Shown here: positions 26,401 to 38,007 of the stretch, in pieces | How positions within the stretch are numbered: the first letter of the stretch is position 1 | Layout of the letters: each line of letters opens with the position of its first letter | Source of the DNA: Phoronis australis | Lineage: Eukaryota > Animalia > Phoronida | NCBI GenBank assembly: GCA_002633005.1 | Contig: NMRA01000776.1 | Span: forward strand, 54,817-118,816 | Length of the DNA: 64,000 bases | Reading direction: 5' to 3' | Notes under the pieces: generated by a model | Database searches by the model: none | Told to the model about the DNA's origin: nothing | What the model saw: the letters and a program-made list of their open reading frames with translations, nothing else | Position numbers and translations under genes: made by a program

Positions 26401-29400
26401 AAACTAATATACTTAACACGGACTCCAACCTACTGCTTCTTAAAGATTATGTTTAACTTATTAGTAAACTCTCAACAACTTAACATTGCACAGAATGCAT
26501 ATAACTTAATTATATAATTGTGTGAATATCCCATTATTTCAACAGTTACTGCTGTTTGCTTCCAAATACACACGATCCACTGTGCCTGCCCTGTTGGGGG
26601 CCGTAACAAAACTAGTAAGCAGCTTTAAGTATCATTATTGCAGCTAAAGACCTCAACTTGGTCATTGACAAAAACTGTAAAAAGACCGATACGACCAACG
26701 AATTCCACAAAGAATACTGTTCTAGGAGACAGCACAGTTGTTAGACCTGCCTTAAAGTCTGTGCCAGACATGCTATTGTCCGCAACAATACATCTGTCAA
26801 ATTTGATACCGATCCTCACACCTGTAAACTTTGATACCGATCCTCTGAATGGTTTAACAGATACAGAGGAACACGACAAAAACAGACTCAAGAATAATAA
26901 AAAATGGGCATTAGGTGATGCAGAATAAATCGAAAAAAGGCATTTGTTTGTTCTCTTTAACAGGATGCCAAATTTCATAAAAATCCATCTAAGAACTCGG
27001 AAGATACAATGATAAACGTAGGAAATAAAATTGCCACTAGAGGCACAACGGTCATCAGATCAGTTTGAAACTCATTGCCATCCATTGCCAGCTTTGTAGG
27101 AACACATCTGTCCAAATCTCCCGAAGAACCTACAAGGGGTATGGGCGATACAGCTGCAGAAACTGGAAGCCAGAACGTCCAGGTAGAGACAATAACAATA
27201 TTCTCCCACATGCAAGTGCATTATAACAAGCACATCAATGAGGAACGCCTTACTGTAGTTGGCTACTGCTTTTCCCCCATTGGCTCTGATTTCTTGTACA
27301 ACCAGGTCAGCAGGCCGTGAGCTTTGACCCCCTCCTTTTATCCCTCCTCCAAGGTCATTGACTGAAAAAAATTAATTCTATAAACACATCACGAAAGAAA
27401 ACACTTAAAGACTGGTTTGTATGACCTTATTGTCAAGAAAGTGCAATTAGCCAAATACCTAGAAAACTGTTGGAAGTGAGATAAGAATTTCAAAATAATT
27501 GTTGCACAACCATTCGATCTCTGAAGGCGAACATGTTAAGTTTCAGTAATGCATCAGTGACTAATAGCTTGGTATTGAATGAGTAAAAAAATTAATTCAA
27601 AAGGTATAATTGCCATTCATACTGAGTTCGAGTCTAGCTCAATGCATGAGGTTACATATCATGTTTAGCCATCAGATTTCATAAAACAGCGCTCATGATG
27701 ACAAGGTGACACTGCTTTTGGTAAATCATGTGAATAAGATTTAGTGTTCTGTAGTAATGGTGCTAACGTTTTGCAGACAGGGCAAACTGAAGATTCATGA
27801 AAACAACACAGTGTGTAGTTCAACAACAGTGTGTAATTCTCAACAACAGTGTGTAATTCTCAACAATGTGCAATTCAACAACAGTGTGTAATTCAAACTT
27901 ACCAACAACACTAGCACCGCGTTGAGCGAATAGCAGGGCATACTGTTTACCAAGGCCTGAAATGAACAGTGACAGTAACTAACAGGTTCAACCCAATCTT
28001 TACACAACAGGTAAATTTAGTTCATTGTACCTTATGTTAAAAGCACCACTCTCACCATTCTGAAGTCATTAATGGCCAAACTAATGTAATGCACCCTTGG
28101 GCTCATTGCCGAAGTTTTGTCTAAATCACCACAAGAATCCTAAATTTAAGCAAACAGCCAGAAACAATAGTACCAATGTTCCACTCAGTATACTCTGACC
28201 ACAGACTCAAGGATCTAGTGGTTAGAATGCTGGACTGACAACTACAAGGTACTAGGTTTTAATCCCACAATCCAATTGCCCGTCATGAGTGCGCCAGGTA
28301 TTTGAGCTCCTTCCAAGAACAAAGCAACACCCAAAGACGGCTAGAGAAATGACTGACCGAAAACTTGTGCCGACGTAAATTAGGCTAGAGATTGATCATG
28401 TGAATTGGCAAATATGTTTTAGAAATGATGTTACATTTACCAAATTTGATAACTCAAGGAGGAGAGTAGTTTTAAATAACATTTACGTTCATGCATGACT
28501 TTGTTTTGATCTTGTTTTACCAAGATTATTCATAAGTGCGCTGATATGAATTTACAGGTTTCGGGTGTCATATACTCTCTAAATTACTTGCCAAATGACA
28601 TTAATTTTGCCTCTTGGATAAATGGTTTGGATGCTTGACTTTTGTGCTAGCAGCTCGTGTTCCACTAGCCTTGATGCAAACGAAGCTATATAAATATAAA
28701 ATTGCACTAATGCAGATAAAAACCAGGTCAAAAATCTGACACAAAATTAATGTCATCAAAAACTACACTCAGATTTCTTTGACTAAATTAAATTAGATAA
28801 AAAAATTGCCATTCTACTGTGATTCTGCTGTTAAAGTTGTTGAATGACCACGTGTGTGTTAATTGGCTTTCACCACCATGAAATAGAGCGTCACTTATAG
28901 GCCAATTTCAATTTCCTCTTTGCCGATTTTTCAATCAACTGCTATTTTTCTTCCACAAGACTGCGTATATGTCACAACAAATTATTGGAACAGGTTTCAT
29001 GCTTTTTAGTATTTAAACACGTACAGCTAAACCAAATTTTGTGCGAAGTTTTCATCATCGAGAGACGTCACAACTGGCGTAGTCACATCAATGTACTGTT
29101 TTCAAGTCAACGACAGACTTTTCTTTGTAACTAAAACCAAAAACTTATGCAAGAAAACAATATTTTTTACAATGTTTTTCACTCAGATGCATTGGGCAAG
29201 GGAGATGACGATTGATTACCCAATTCCGCATGCAGAGCCCTGCCATTTGTAAGTTCTACATGTTGATCTCAAGTTTCATGGCAAGGTCACAAACTGAGTA
29301 ACTCAGGTGATGTGAAATGTTGAGGTCTATATGAGGTTAACACGCAGTGGTTCCTATTTGCATTTTTATATGACTAGAACTAGAACTAGAAGGCTTGCCA

Positions 29401-29936
29401 GCTAGTGCCGGTTCCAACCACCATCGGCTGGATTTTTCAAGCAGCGCCAAACATCGGTAGAATCCAGGATATGGAAGGGCACACACAAAACTCAAAAGGC
29501 ATACAGGGAGTCATTCATCCNAAGAAACTGTGATGAATTTCTAGTTCCCCGTGTGCCGTACCCTAACCTGTATACAGCCTCTCGAAATCCCTAGCCCGAT
29601 GTGACAATTGCCTCTAGGCAAGCTATCACGCCGCAGCTCGTGTGCCGCCGTGTAATTTTCAAAGCACACACACTGCCACTGCCACTGGGTGCTCCAGTCC
29701 GGAGTCCAAGTCCAACTTCCGTTCCACGACAAGGGCAAGGGCCGGCTAGGTGGATTTTAGCGAGCACAACCACAGATTTGCTTTCAAATTTAATACATTC
29801 TAATTTCATCACGTCATGTTGGTATACCGACGTGTTTTATTGGCATGACATTGCATTCTAAACTGTTTTCGCACTTACCACCGCCAGCGCCCGTAACAAG
29901 AACAACCCTGCCGTCAAAACGCAAGGGGGCAGACAT
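8499..29936 (-). CDS. HSD17B4: Peroxisomal multifunctional enzyme type 2 (D-bifunctional protein: SDR dehydrogenase, hydratase-2, SCP2), multi-exon
   Basis: GT-AG exons read in frame: 29879-29936 ([19 protein letters not shown]), 27903-27956, 27254-27361 (NDLGG), 26255-26314, 25543-25696 (NNAGILRD), 24608-24672 and 23811-23933 ([14 protein letters not shown], YxxxK), 22347-22463 (identical copy 21309-21425), [one exon not found, probably in gap n20980], 20282-20379, 19171-19249, 18321-18478, 17360-17483 (ILHGEQY), 16226-16468 (hydratase-2 motif [14 protein letters not shown]), 14875-14981 (PILHGLC), 13802-13888 (KPVLPGQTL), 11873-11959, 10476-10608, 9870-10000, 8499-8588 ([19 protein letters not shown]...AKL*). 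The visible exons total 2076 nt (691 aa plus stop). C-terminal PTS1 is AKL. Confidence 0.96.
9190..9800 (+). mobile_element. Degenerate Helentron/HINE-type core-repeat array in the last HSD17B4 intron
   Basis: Recurring ~140-bp units carrying aaaattgccac/aaaatggcca and ggaacacatct, the same core as 1-275. Confidence 0.45.
12032..13168. mobile_element. Putative Tc1/pogo-type MITE in an HSD17B4 intron
   Basis: TA-flanked inverted ends (ta|ctgtaaact ... agtttatgg|ta) and repeated subterminal gggtaat(c/t)g motifs near both ends. Confidence 0.4.
13501..13544. repeat. 3 x 15-bp tandem repeat (cctacattttagcgt)
   Basis: Read directly from the sequence. Confidence 0.8.
16850..16957 (-). mobile_element. 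Degenerate tRNA-derived SINE head
   Basis: The reverse strand reads tggcctattagg (A-box-like) ... ggattcgattc (B-box-like). No intact cloverleaf. Confidence 0.35.
17628..17695. repeat. C-rich minisatellite (ca(g)ccaccctct)n
   Basis: About 6 imperfect 11-12-bp units. Confidence 0.7.
20861..20904 (+). ncRNA. Minimal type-I hammerhead ribozyme-like motif (Penelope-like element type), probably degenerate
   Basis: AGTCG-CTGACGA-A-AGCCGA(TTGTAG)TCGACT-GAAA-CTTT-CGACT. Core CUGANGA and GAAA are present, stem I is a perfect 5-bp pair (AGTCG/CGACT), stem II pairs 5/6, and helix III is vestigial. Confidence 0.5.
21300..23364. repeat. ~1.03-kb tandem duplication across n22337 containing a 117-nt HSD17B4 exon twice
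   Basis: 21300-22336 and 22338-23364 align. The exon copies are identical and the intron copies differ by SNPs and indels. Confidence 0.85.
26720..27230 (+). mobile_element. Degenerate Helentron/HINE-type repeat copy
   Basis: gccaaatttcataaaaatcc...aaaattgccactagaggcacaacggtcatcagatc closely parallels bases 1-100. Confidence 0.55.
27803..27896. repeat. ~20-bp minisatellite (caacaacagtgtgtaattct) next to the HSD17B4 exon 2 donor site
   Basis: About 5 imperfect units. Confidence 0.75.
28210..28385 (+). mobile_element. Degenerate tRNA-derived SINE
   Basis: ggatctagtggttagaatgctggact...aaggtactaggttttaatccca gives an A-box/B-box-like tRNA head, followed by non-tRNA body sequence. Confidence 0.4.
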
Positions 29937-30400
29937 CTTTCTTGTTGGTGGATAGAAAATATGAGTGATGGTAATAACTTCAAAATTAAAGCAGCTGCAT
30001 TCCGCATCGTTTTTTATTAGGACATTTCTGGTCAATACATCATATAATCTATATATAAGAGAATATTATTGACTCAAAAAAGTCAAAATACTGAATAATA
30101 TTTTATTTTTTTTACTTCATCGAATCATATAGTTCTTCGAACTCAATCAAAGGTCAAGGTGCGACTGTCATATTGATGTTCGCTGATAAAACGATTTTGG
30201 GGTTTGCGCAAAAAATTTATCAAGGAAAATAGGCTTTATGCTCGATATATCTACTCAGTTTTTGAAGTCTTTGGAATTTAGCTCAAAATCTACAAATCAT
30301 GTGTTTTCTCCTTGGACATTTTGGTTGAATCAGGGAACTAAGGACGATGGTCGACGAAAGGGTTTGTTTATGTTTTTGTCAACCACTCTGGAACTTTAGG
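29937..30400. promoter_or_regulatory. Probable shared (bidirectional) promoter region of HSD17B4 and KXD1
   Basis: Divergent gene orientation; nuclear-receptor-like half-sites caaAGGTCAAGGTGC at ~30148-30162. Transcription start positions are inferred, not observed. Confidence 0.4.
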
Positions 30401-32483
30401 CAATTACATGGCCCTGGATGCCGCAGGCATACAGGCAACCGAGGGGCTACCTGTTGCCTATCTGGAACTCAGCATTCTAACCACTTCATTACTGAATCAA
30501 TAGATTTAGGACGATGAGTGTGTTCAGTAGTATGTTAGTTGCTGTGCTTGAACTGGGTATGCCACTTGCCTATCCCTCAATCCCTCATGCATAAACTAAA
30601 ATCCTGTGTCAAACTTGGCAATTCACTCAAATTTTATCACTTGGTTTTAATCAAACTTCACTGCCCTAACATAATGATGTAAATTTCAACCAATATTTAT
30701 TGACTTTTTTCAACAATTAATACGACAACAATTGATCATTCACCCATGCATAAATTCTCCGATTTAGAGACACGAACACCGTTTCCGTATCAGAATTCCA
30801 ATATGGGGGATACGAGCGGCTCTTTTTGGAATATATTTTGCAATTGCATGTGAAACGATAAAATGAATACAAAACTTTACCATTCGGAATGTTTTGTTGT
30901 TTAAATATAGTACAGATACTCACAACATCCGTGTTGCTTAAATCTTCAATCTTTGTACAAGATTTACCTAGTCTAAATTCTTACTGTATTAGGCAAATAC
31001 CTGGCAGCGCAGTTCAACAGCAAAAAACAGTGTGATGTACATGTACAATCAAAACGAAATACCTCTGAGAATGTTTATGAAAAGTCTGTTACATGTGTCA
31101 AAATTCACTTTACACGTAGGCAGTTTTTTCTTGGTTACAATAATTTAGTTTCAAATGTGTTAGAGTGAAGTCTCCCAGTCGTGAGGTCTATTTGCTCTCA
31201 TGTAAAACTTGTTTATTGGCGTAATTTTTTTCTGATTTCAGAGAACCTGCAAATTGTAAGTGCTGGTGTGGACAAGTGTCGTTTCTCAGAATAGACTACT
31301 CTCAGAGGTACGAACTGTAGGGCTACAAATATCTTAACTGACGAACCAGTTTGGTGAATTTTGTCGAAACTCACTTCCCGGGAGTCTCAATAAAACCCAC
31401 CATGAAATCAGGGACCTGTTTCGGAAAATTTGATTTCATTGGTAATTCTGTTCTTGCAGTCCTTCTTACCAATTGCTAATTAGCAATTTAACCCAATGAG
31501 GTAAGAAATTATGAACTCACCACTGCCCAGAGATAGTTTACAAAAAGTATATGTCAGTAATTAGCAGTTATAAGTTGATGTCCAGAGAGTTTGTATTCTT
31601 GCTCAAGAGAGATTTGATTATTCTCGAGTAGCTGCGTGAACAATAAGACCGAATTTATAGCTTGAGTTATTTTTCTTGAAACTGACTCCAGATCAAAAAC
31701 CATGCTGTTGTTCGGAAATTAATCTGAAAATTTTACTTGCAAATTTATTTTTGACTTTTCAAAAAGTCGATTTTTTGTTCTTGGAAATGACTGTAGTTTT
31801 CCATCTCGATTAAGTGCCCGTCTCTCTGCTTAACATAACATCATCTTGTCACGTGTTACCTGGCAAAATTCCCAGGTCGCCAATAGGGAAGTGACTTCAC
31901 CAAAGACGGAAACTCCTCTCCAAAGCCTTCGCAAGCATGCAGCCCCGTCCTGTGTGCACAATAGTGATACTGACAGATCTCCTGTTCATCTCTTACCTGA
32001 GATTCCAGCAGGAAGCAGATTTTCTCAGACTTGTTGGCAACTAGCTAAAATTTGCCAAAAAAACAGGTCGTTAAATCAATCCTCAAAGTAGTATAAGATT
32101 GTTCCTGAACAGGAGAACATGGATTGTGAATTTTATTATTGCTGTTGATCAATGATGTCTTGTGCTCGGAACTAGAAACTGGGCTTTATTTCATGTTACA
32201 GACCTCCGACCATATTACAAATATATTTAGTATGTAGAAAGATGAGCACGTAATCTCTAAACCAAAATCTAGTTCGAGTGACTTATTTGATGTTTCTCAG
32301 CATTCATTGCTCAATTTTTCTGAGGCTGTTTAAATCATGGGTCTGCATAAAATCTTGTCTAAGTGCAATTGATACGTTTTTGTAATATCAAAATTTCAAA
32401 AAGGTTACTCCTTTTTGAAACTCCATGTACTTTAGATCAATTTCCTGTTAATTGTCGTACTTTATGATTTTTCAGTGAAAATA

Positions 32484-34752
32484 ATGGATGAGATTCCAGA
32501 CGAAGCACTCCCGTCCAAATTGTTTCTTGGCTCAGTGACATCGCAAATCGATCGCCGAGATACTTATCAAATGCAAGATGCTCAACTCCACATGTAGGTT
32601 ATGGTTTGAAGTCCTCTGTTACAAGACAAACATAATGGGACAAAACACTTTTTCTTCATAACAGTAATAAAAATGACTTGTATTGTAGCAAAATTCTATT
32701 ACCATAATTATGGCTTGGCCACCGTTAGTAACTTAAGTCTTCATCATTACTCATTAGACAAGATTACTATGTCGACAAATTCCTCTTTTGTCCAACCGTT
32801 ATAGTGGGGAATTTCGGGTCGTTTTGTCTGAATACTTAGTCGGGCACATATACATATGGCATGAAAGTCGCCTCCGGATCTCTTGATTTTGAATTGTCTT
32901 GTTGTCTTAGTGTTATGAATAAATTCTCAGCGAGCACAGCAGGTCTTCTGAACTGAGTAAGTGAAGGTGTGTGACTGGTTTTTCGGTCTCATAACCCTTA
33001 AAGTAAGATCCCAAGAGTTTTGGACAGACCCAGTTGCCAAAGTTGGCCCATGTCTAGGGCTTCTACCATTGAAATATTGCATCACGGTACGGTGGAAACA
33101 AAACTTGGAAGGGTTTCAAAAAGCTTTTCTTGGTGTTATTCATCTTTTATGCAAAAGAATGAGGCATTAGATTTCACTTTGTACAAAATCTTGCATAAAT
33201 GGGTTTCTAAGCTCTGATGAAAATTTTGTAGCAGTTGTTCGGCCCATGAGTCTCTTCTACACTGTAGTATAAACTAAGATATCACAAGTATGTCGGTGGC
33301 TGCAGAGTATTTAGCTTTTGTAACTATGAATCAGTTCTTGGAACCTGAAAATTGTCCCAAATTTTAAAGTGGAAAACAAAACACGCTAGAGTGCAGCATG
33401 AAAACGATGTTTCAATATTAGACAAATATCATCCTCAGATACGATATTTTGATCCGTCTGACTGATGTACCTGAAGGTGATATTTAACTAATATCGAAAC
33501 ATTGTTTTCATAGCATCAGTTTTGTTTTCCACTTGTAATTTGCCAATTATTAATATATTGCTGTCCCTATTTTACACTGGCCATTTTTCCAGGCTACAGA
33601 GATTTGAGAAGACTAATGAAATGTTAGTCAACTTCAATGCTCTGTCTTTGGGACGGTACCAGACAACATTCCAAGACTTCAAATGTCACACTCAACTGCT
33701 TCTTGAGATGAAAAAAGACCTGGAGAATGTGTTTAGGAGAATCAGGTCAGACAGGGATTTCATTTCCCACTTGGCTAGCATATTCAGCGACAACCTCATT
33801 TGATTTGCGGTTAGTGTGCAGTATCAGTCAATGTGTGCGCTACTAAAATACAACTGCTTACAGAAACACTACACATACAGCATGTGACAATTGTCGCAGA
33901 ATGTTATTGTGTTTTTGCTTCATTCAGTTTAGTCATCGTATTTCATAACTTATTTTGTTTATCACCACTTTCTTAGAGCAGAAGATGAGTAATACTTCCT
34001 GTTCCTAGAACTGTTTGTCAGCATAGTGCATCCTTTATTTGTTCGTCTTATTTGATATGTTAATTCGCATTTCTCTAGTCTCTCTCTCTCTATATATATA
34101 TAACTTTCACTTGTATTTCATGTAGTAGCTTCAGTGCCTTCAGCATTAGTTGATTAGTAGTTGTTTCTCCGCATTGAGACTTGTTCCTACTCATGTAACG
34201 TTTGCGGTATTCAGTATACTAGTCAACATTCATCTCTTGTTCTGTTCCAACGAACCACCTCATACAAAGCTGAACTGCATTTTTCCGTGTACTCCCACAA
34301 CAGTTGGAGATGACATACCATTCGCCTCCCATGATGGATTATTTTGGTCACAGCAAAAACGGTCAATGACTAATATGGCTGAAGAATGGTAATTACAGAG
34401 TGGCATGGCCACTTGTTTACCTTATCCGTTAATTCCTCTTTATTTCTGTCAAGAGTACAGTTTAAACGTCTGCCCAGCATTCATGACATAATTTGTCTTC
34501 ATACTGCAGAGTTGCTTGTGTTTTCTGTAACCCATAGTAAATGGATGGACATTTTATTCTCTTTTCTGCTTTCTCAGGAACCTCAAGACGCGGCTTGCCA
34601 AACAACACACAGAGGCATTTACTGCTTGCAGTAATGTTTACTATGGCACAGATGATGAGGATGTTGTGAGAAATAAGCCAACGAGGTCAGCAACAGACAT
34701 TGACAACAGTCTGTCGGAAACGACTGCTAGGAGTCGGGCTCCAACGTTATGA
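32484..34752 (+). CDS. KXD1: KxDL motif-containing protein 1 (BORC/BLOC-1-associated), 3 coding exons, ~145 aa
   Basis: Exons 32484-32593 (MDEIPDEALPSKLFLGSVTSQID...QLHM), 33593-33745 (LQRFEKTNEMLVNFNALS...LLLEMKKDLENVFRRIR) and 34578-34752 (NLKTRLAKQHTEAF...*). GT-AG sites are phase-consistent, and RFEKTNEML and KKDL are signature motifs. Confidence 0.92.
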
Positions 34753-37700
34753 TGCTAGTAACTAAGAGAGATTTTAGTTCCCCAAGATGTGCTGAACTGG
34801 GGTGTACTCTACAGGTCATGGATTTTTGTCCGATAGGTCTACGATGATCATTCAGCAACCGGTAGTCTGGCCATCTCCGACCAATCAACTGTCTGTTGGG
34901 AGCTCAGTCACCAAAGCGATCGCTACTAGGGTCGGAAATCATTAACATGCGGCAAATCATCGCCACATGCTGAGTCATATTTTTAAATTACTGAGCATTG
35001 TTACTGTGAAGTTGATGAAAATGAAAACCAATTTGGATGCGGCGTAGCAGTAATGTCAGCTGTGAGGTGTTGATAAGAACTAGCAAAGGAGTGCGATATT
35101 TCCGAACAGTCACTCAGTCGTTTCTGACTTGTCAGACAAAAATTTGTGATGTTTGCTGTATCGTCAATAATGGCTTCTCAGACACACCAGCGTTATGATA
35201 ATTTCGTGGAGATTTTTGCATTCAAGGTTGTAGGAATTCTTGAATAATGTCCAAAGTTGCTAAGTTGGGAACTTTGTGTCTCGGAAATGGCTGTTCGGAT
35301 TCTCGGTTATAGGAATTTTGTGTATGACCACCTATCAAAAGTTGCATAATATGAAAGGAAATTGTATTTTATGAAACTAACAGCAGATTTCATTAACTTG
35401 TATATCATTCGAATGAAATTTAGTTGTGTTATTGATGCAGCTGTGTTGCTATCTCTTTTGCTAAATTTCACCAAAAAGACGTGGTTATTTGACCCAATTT
35501 AAGCCAGGCCTTTTAGTTTCAGAAAATGTACACTTTTATGGAGTTAAAAAGTTTATACTTTGTAGATGTTTGATTGATCTCTGTCTTGTTCATCCGATAA
35601 GGTCCTGCATAACCTAAAGTTAAATGTTCAGAGCCTGATAGAAAAGTTAGTTTCCTATGTACCCACCAGGGGATGGGCACTGCTGCCGTGATGCATATAA
35701 CATGACTGTAATTGTTTTGGGGGACGTAATAGCCAGGATACATGTACATTATTGGTGGTTCATACAACTGGATATGTACAAGCTAGTGGTGCGATACAAA
35801 TAATTTGGAGGATATTAATTTGACACCATATTCCACCTGAGCTGGGCACTGATGGCGTAGTTGAATAAAGATGCTCAGAGACTGCCATATTGTTCTTAAA
35901 GTTAGCTTTTACCCTTGTGGTCTTAGCTTGGCTATTTAGCTTATGATCATTGACGCTGATAGATATAATTTGTGACTGTAATAGTGTTATTATAAAGGCT
36001 TTACTTCCTTTTCTTTTTATCCAGAGTAACCTTGTAGTATACAGTACTAGCCTTCTGACTCTGGGGTGGATTTAGTGAATGGCTGCAGGCCTTGCTAATT
36101 ACCAGATTTTCCAAATCATTGGCGTTCTTGTTGTTTTATTTACCTATATACATTAACACCAAACGTTAGATTAAGAAGTATGGGAAGTGTTTGGTAGTCC
36201 TGAACATTTTGGGAATGGCATTACTGCCACCATCAGACAATCTTGTGGATGTTTTTCGAAAAATGTTCTAACCGGTCTCACTCTCTTGACTTACGACCGA
36301 TGCATTAGGAACAACCACAAATTGGTTTGTATCATCTGTCTTAAATTAGCTAATCTATCTTTCATCCCAAAAAGCAAATCCTTGCGATTTAGACAAAGAT
36401 TGGTGTGTTAAGTTGACGGGCATTCAGTGATTCTTGAGTTGAGGAAATTTGACGATGGCCAAATGTTTTATGACTGAGACAAAAGAAACCACCCGTGACA
36501 AAGTATTAGACTTGAATAATGTATGCGATGTCATTTGTATACGAAACAATATTTTTTCAAAATATTCTTGGCGACGTCGAAATTCGACAGTTTCAGCACA
36601 CGAAACCGCCAGTTGAAAGAATCTTGACAAAATTTCGAAAGGTTTTGTTCAATCCACCGACGTCTTCGAAATCGCGACAACTGACAGTGCAAGTCCATTT
36701 CATAAGTAAACAGATAGCGGCTAGGCGCACTGAGTAAGGCTACATCTTGGACCCAAAGTTACTCCGTCCCTGCGAACAAAATTTCGACAAAAACGTTATT
36801 TCATACTGTTGTGGCCACATGCTGTAATTTTGGCAATTAATTCTCGTAGCAAGCTTGTGGCAGTGTGTCCAGTTTCTTCAAAACTACGGCACATTGGAGA
36901 GTAAGACGACTGGCTTGAAGACGCATACATGTAATTGTTGAACATTTCCACACTGAACAAGACGCATTTCTCTAAGCGCCACCTAGTGAATTCCCAGTTC
37001 CCAGCTGCATTGCTTTTCTACTATGACCGGAGTAGTGTTGCAATGTGGCAGGCTTGATGTCATTCTATGGGTTCAAAACCCAGCCACCTCCACTTCTGTT
37101 GGAAGTTTCATGCACATCTAAAGCGTTAATCATGGGAAGTTTTGACTAAAATCTCAGCTGTAAAGAATCGCACAACCAACAGTACGGTTTTTTCCATATT
37201 GAAGTGAAAAATCTCAGTCATCCTCAGCCGTTAATTGTCCCAGCGAATTAAAGGGTTAATTTTTATTAATCAGGCTATGTTATGCTACAAATTAATCGCG
37301 AATTACTGAGTCGATCCTCCCAGTTTATCAATACAACAATTTAAAGAATTCATACAATGCAACGAACCAATGGATATACCTAGGAAATGCAATAAATTGT
37401 TGACTTGTGACTCCTAAAGATGACGCGAGCTATTTATGGAAATTTATAAATTCAACAAATGCTGCATAAATGACAAATACGACAAATACCGAAATTCGGA
37501 AATGCCATCAATGGATGAACCCGTAGAATGTCTCATTGTCCAGAATTAATGAGAGTCCAAGTCGCATCATGGCTTGCAGAAAAACTAAATAAATCCTAAT
37601 TTGAGGTGACAGCAGTGGTGTAATGGAGGTCAAACGAACGTGTAAGCAGAATACCGCCTTTTGCTGTTTTAACGCGTACATTTACTGTTATACATGTACG

Positions 37701-38007
37701 ATAACCCACTGACCATATCAACGCGCTGTCTATACAGTACATGTACTTTCAGCGGCAATGACACTGTCGGTTACACAACTTGGAAAACAAGGACGAAGTT
37801 GACCAATCCAGTTTATGTAATCCCTGTTATATCTAACGGGTACGCGATAACTCTGTGCATGTCACGCTTGCCTGTTTTTGACAGACTTTATAAAATTTTC
37901 AAAGATTTCTCCGAGCATTTGTGCATTAAACGACAATGTTTTGTTTAGAGTACTAGATGTTAATCAATGTTAATAGGTCAAAATAGCGATTTGGATTCTT
38001 TATGCCT

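Noticed and set aside
27803-27896. Short repeats here and at 18901-18985 and 57730-57890 as CRISPR-like arrays
   Set aside because: No unique spacers of constant length, no cas genes, and a eukaryotic intron/repeat context; these are minisatellites or TIR modules.
28210-28270. tRNA gene
   Set aside because: Degenerate B box and no acceptor stem; better explained as a SINE head.
30400-33500. Possible intronic C/D snoRNAs in the KXD1 leader and introns
   Set aside because: No well-formed RTGATGA...CTGA pair with a terminal stem and suitable length.
37240-37260. piggyBac-like end aaaggg|ttaa
   Set aside because: No matching opposite TIR was found nearby.
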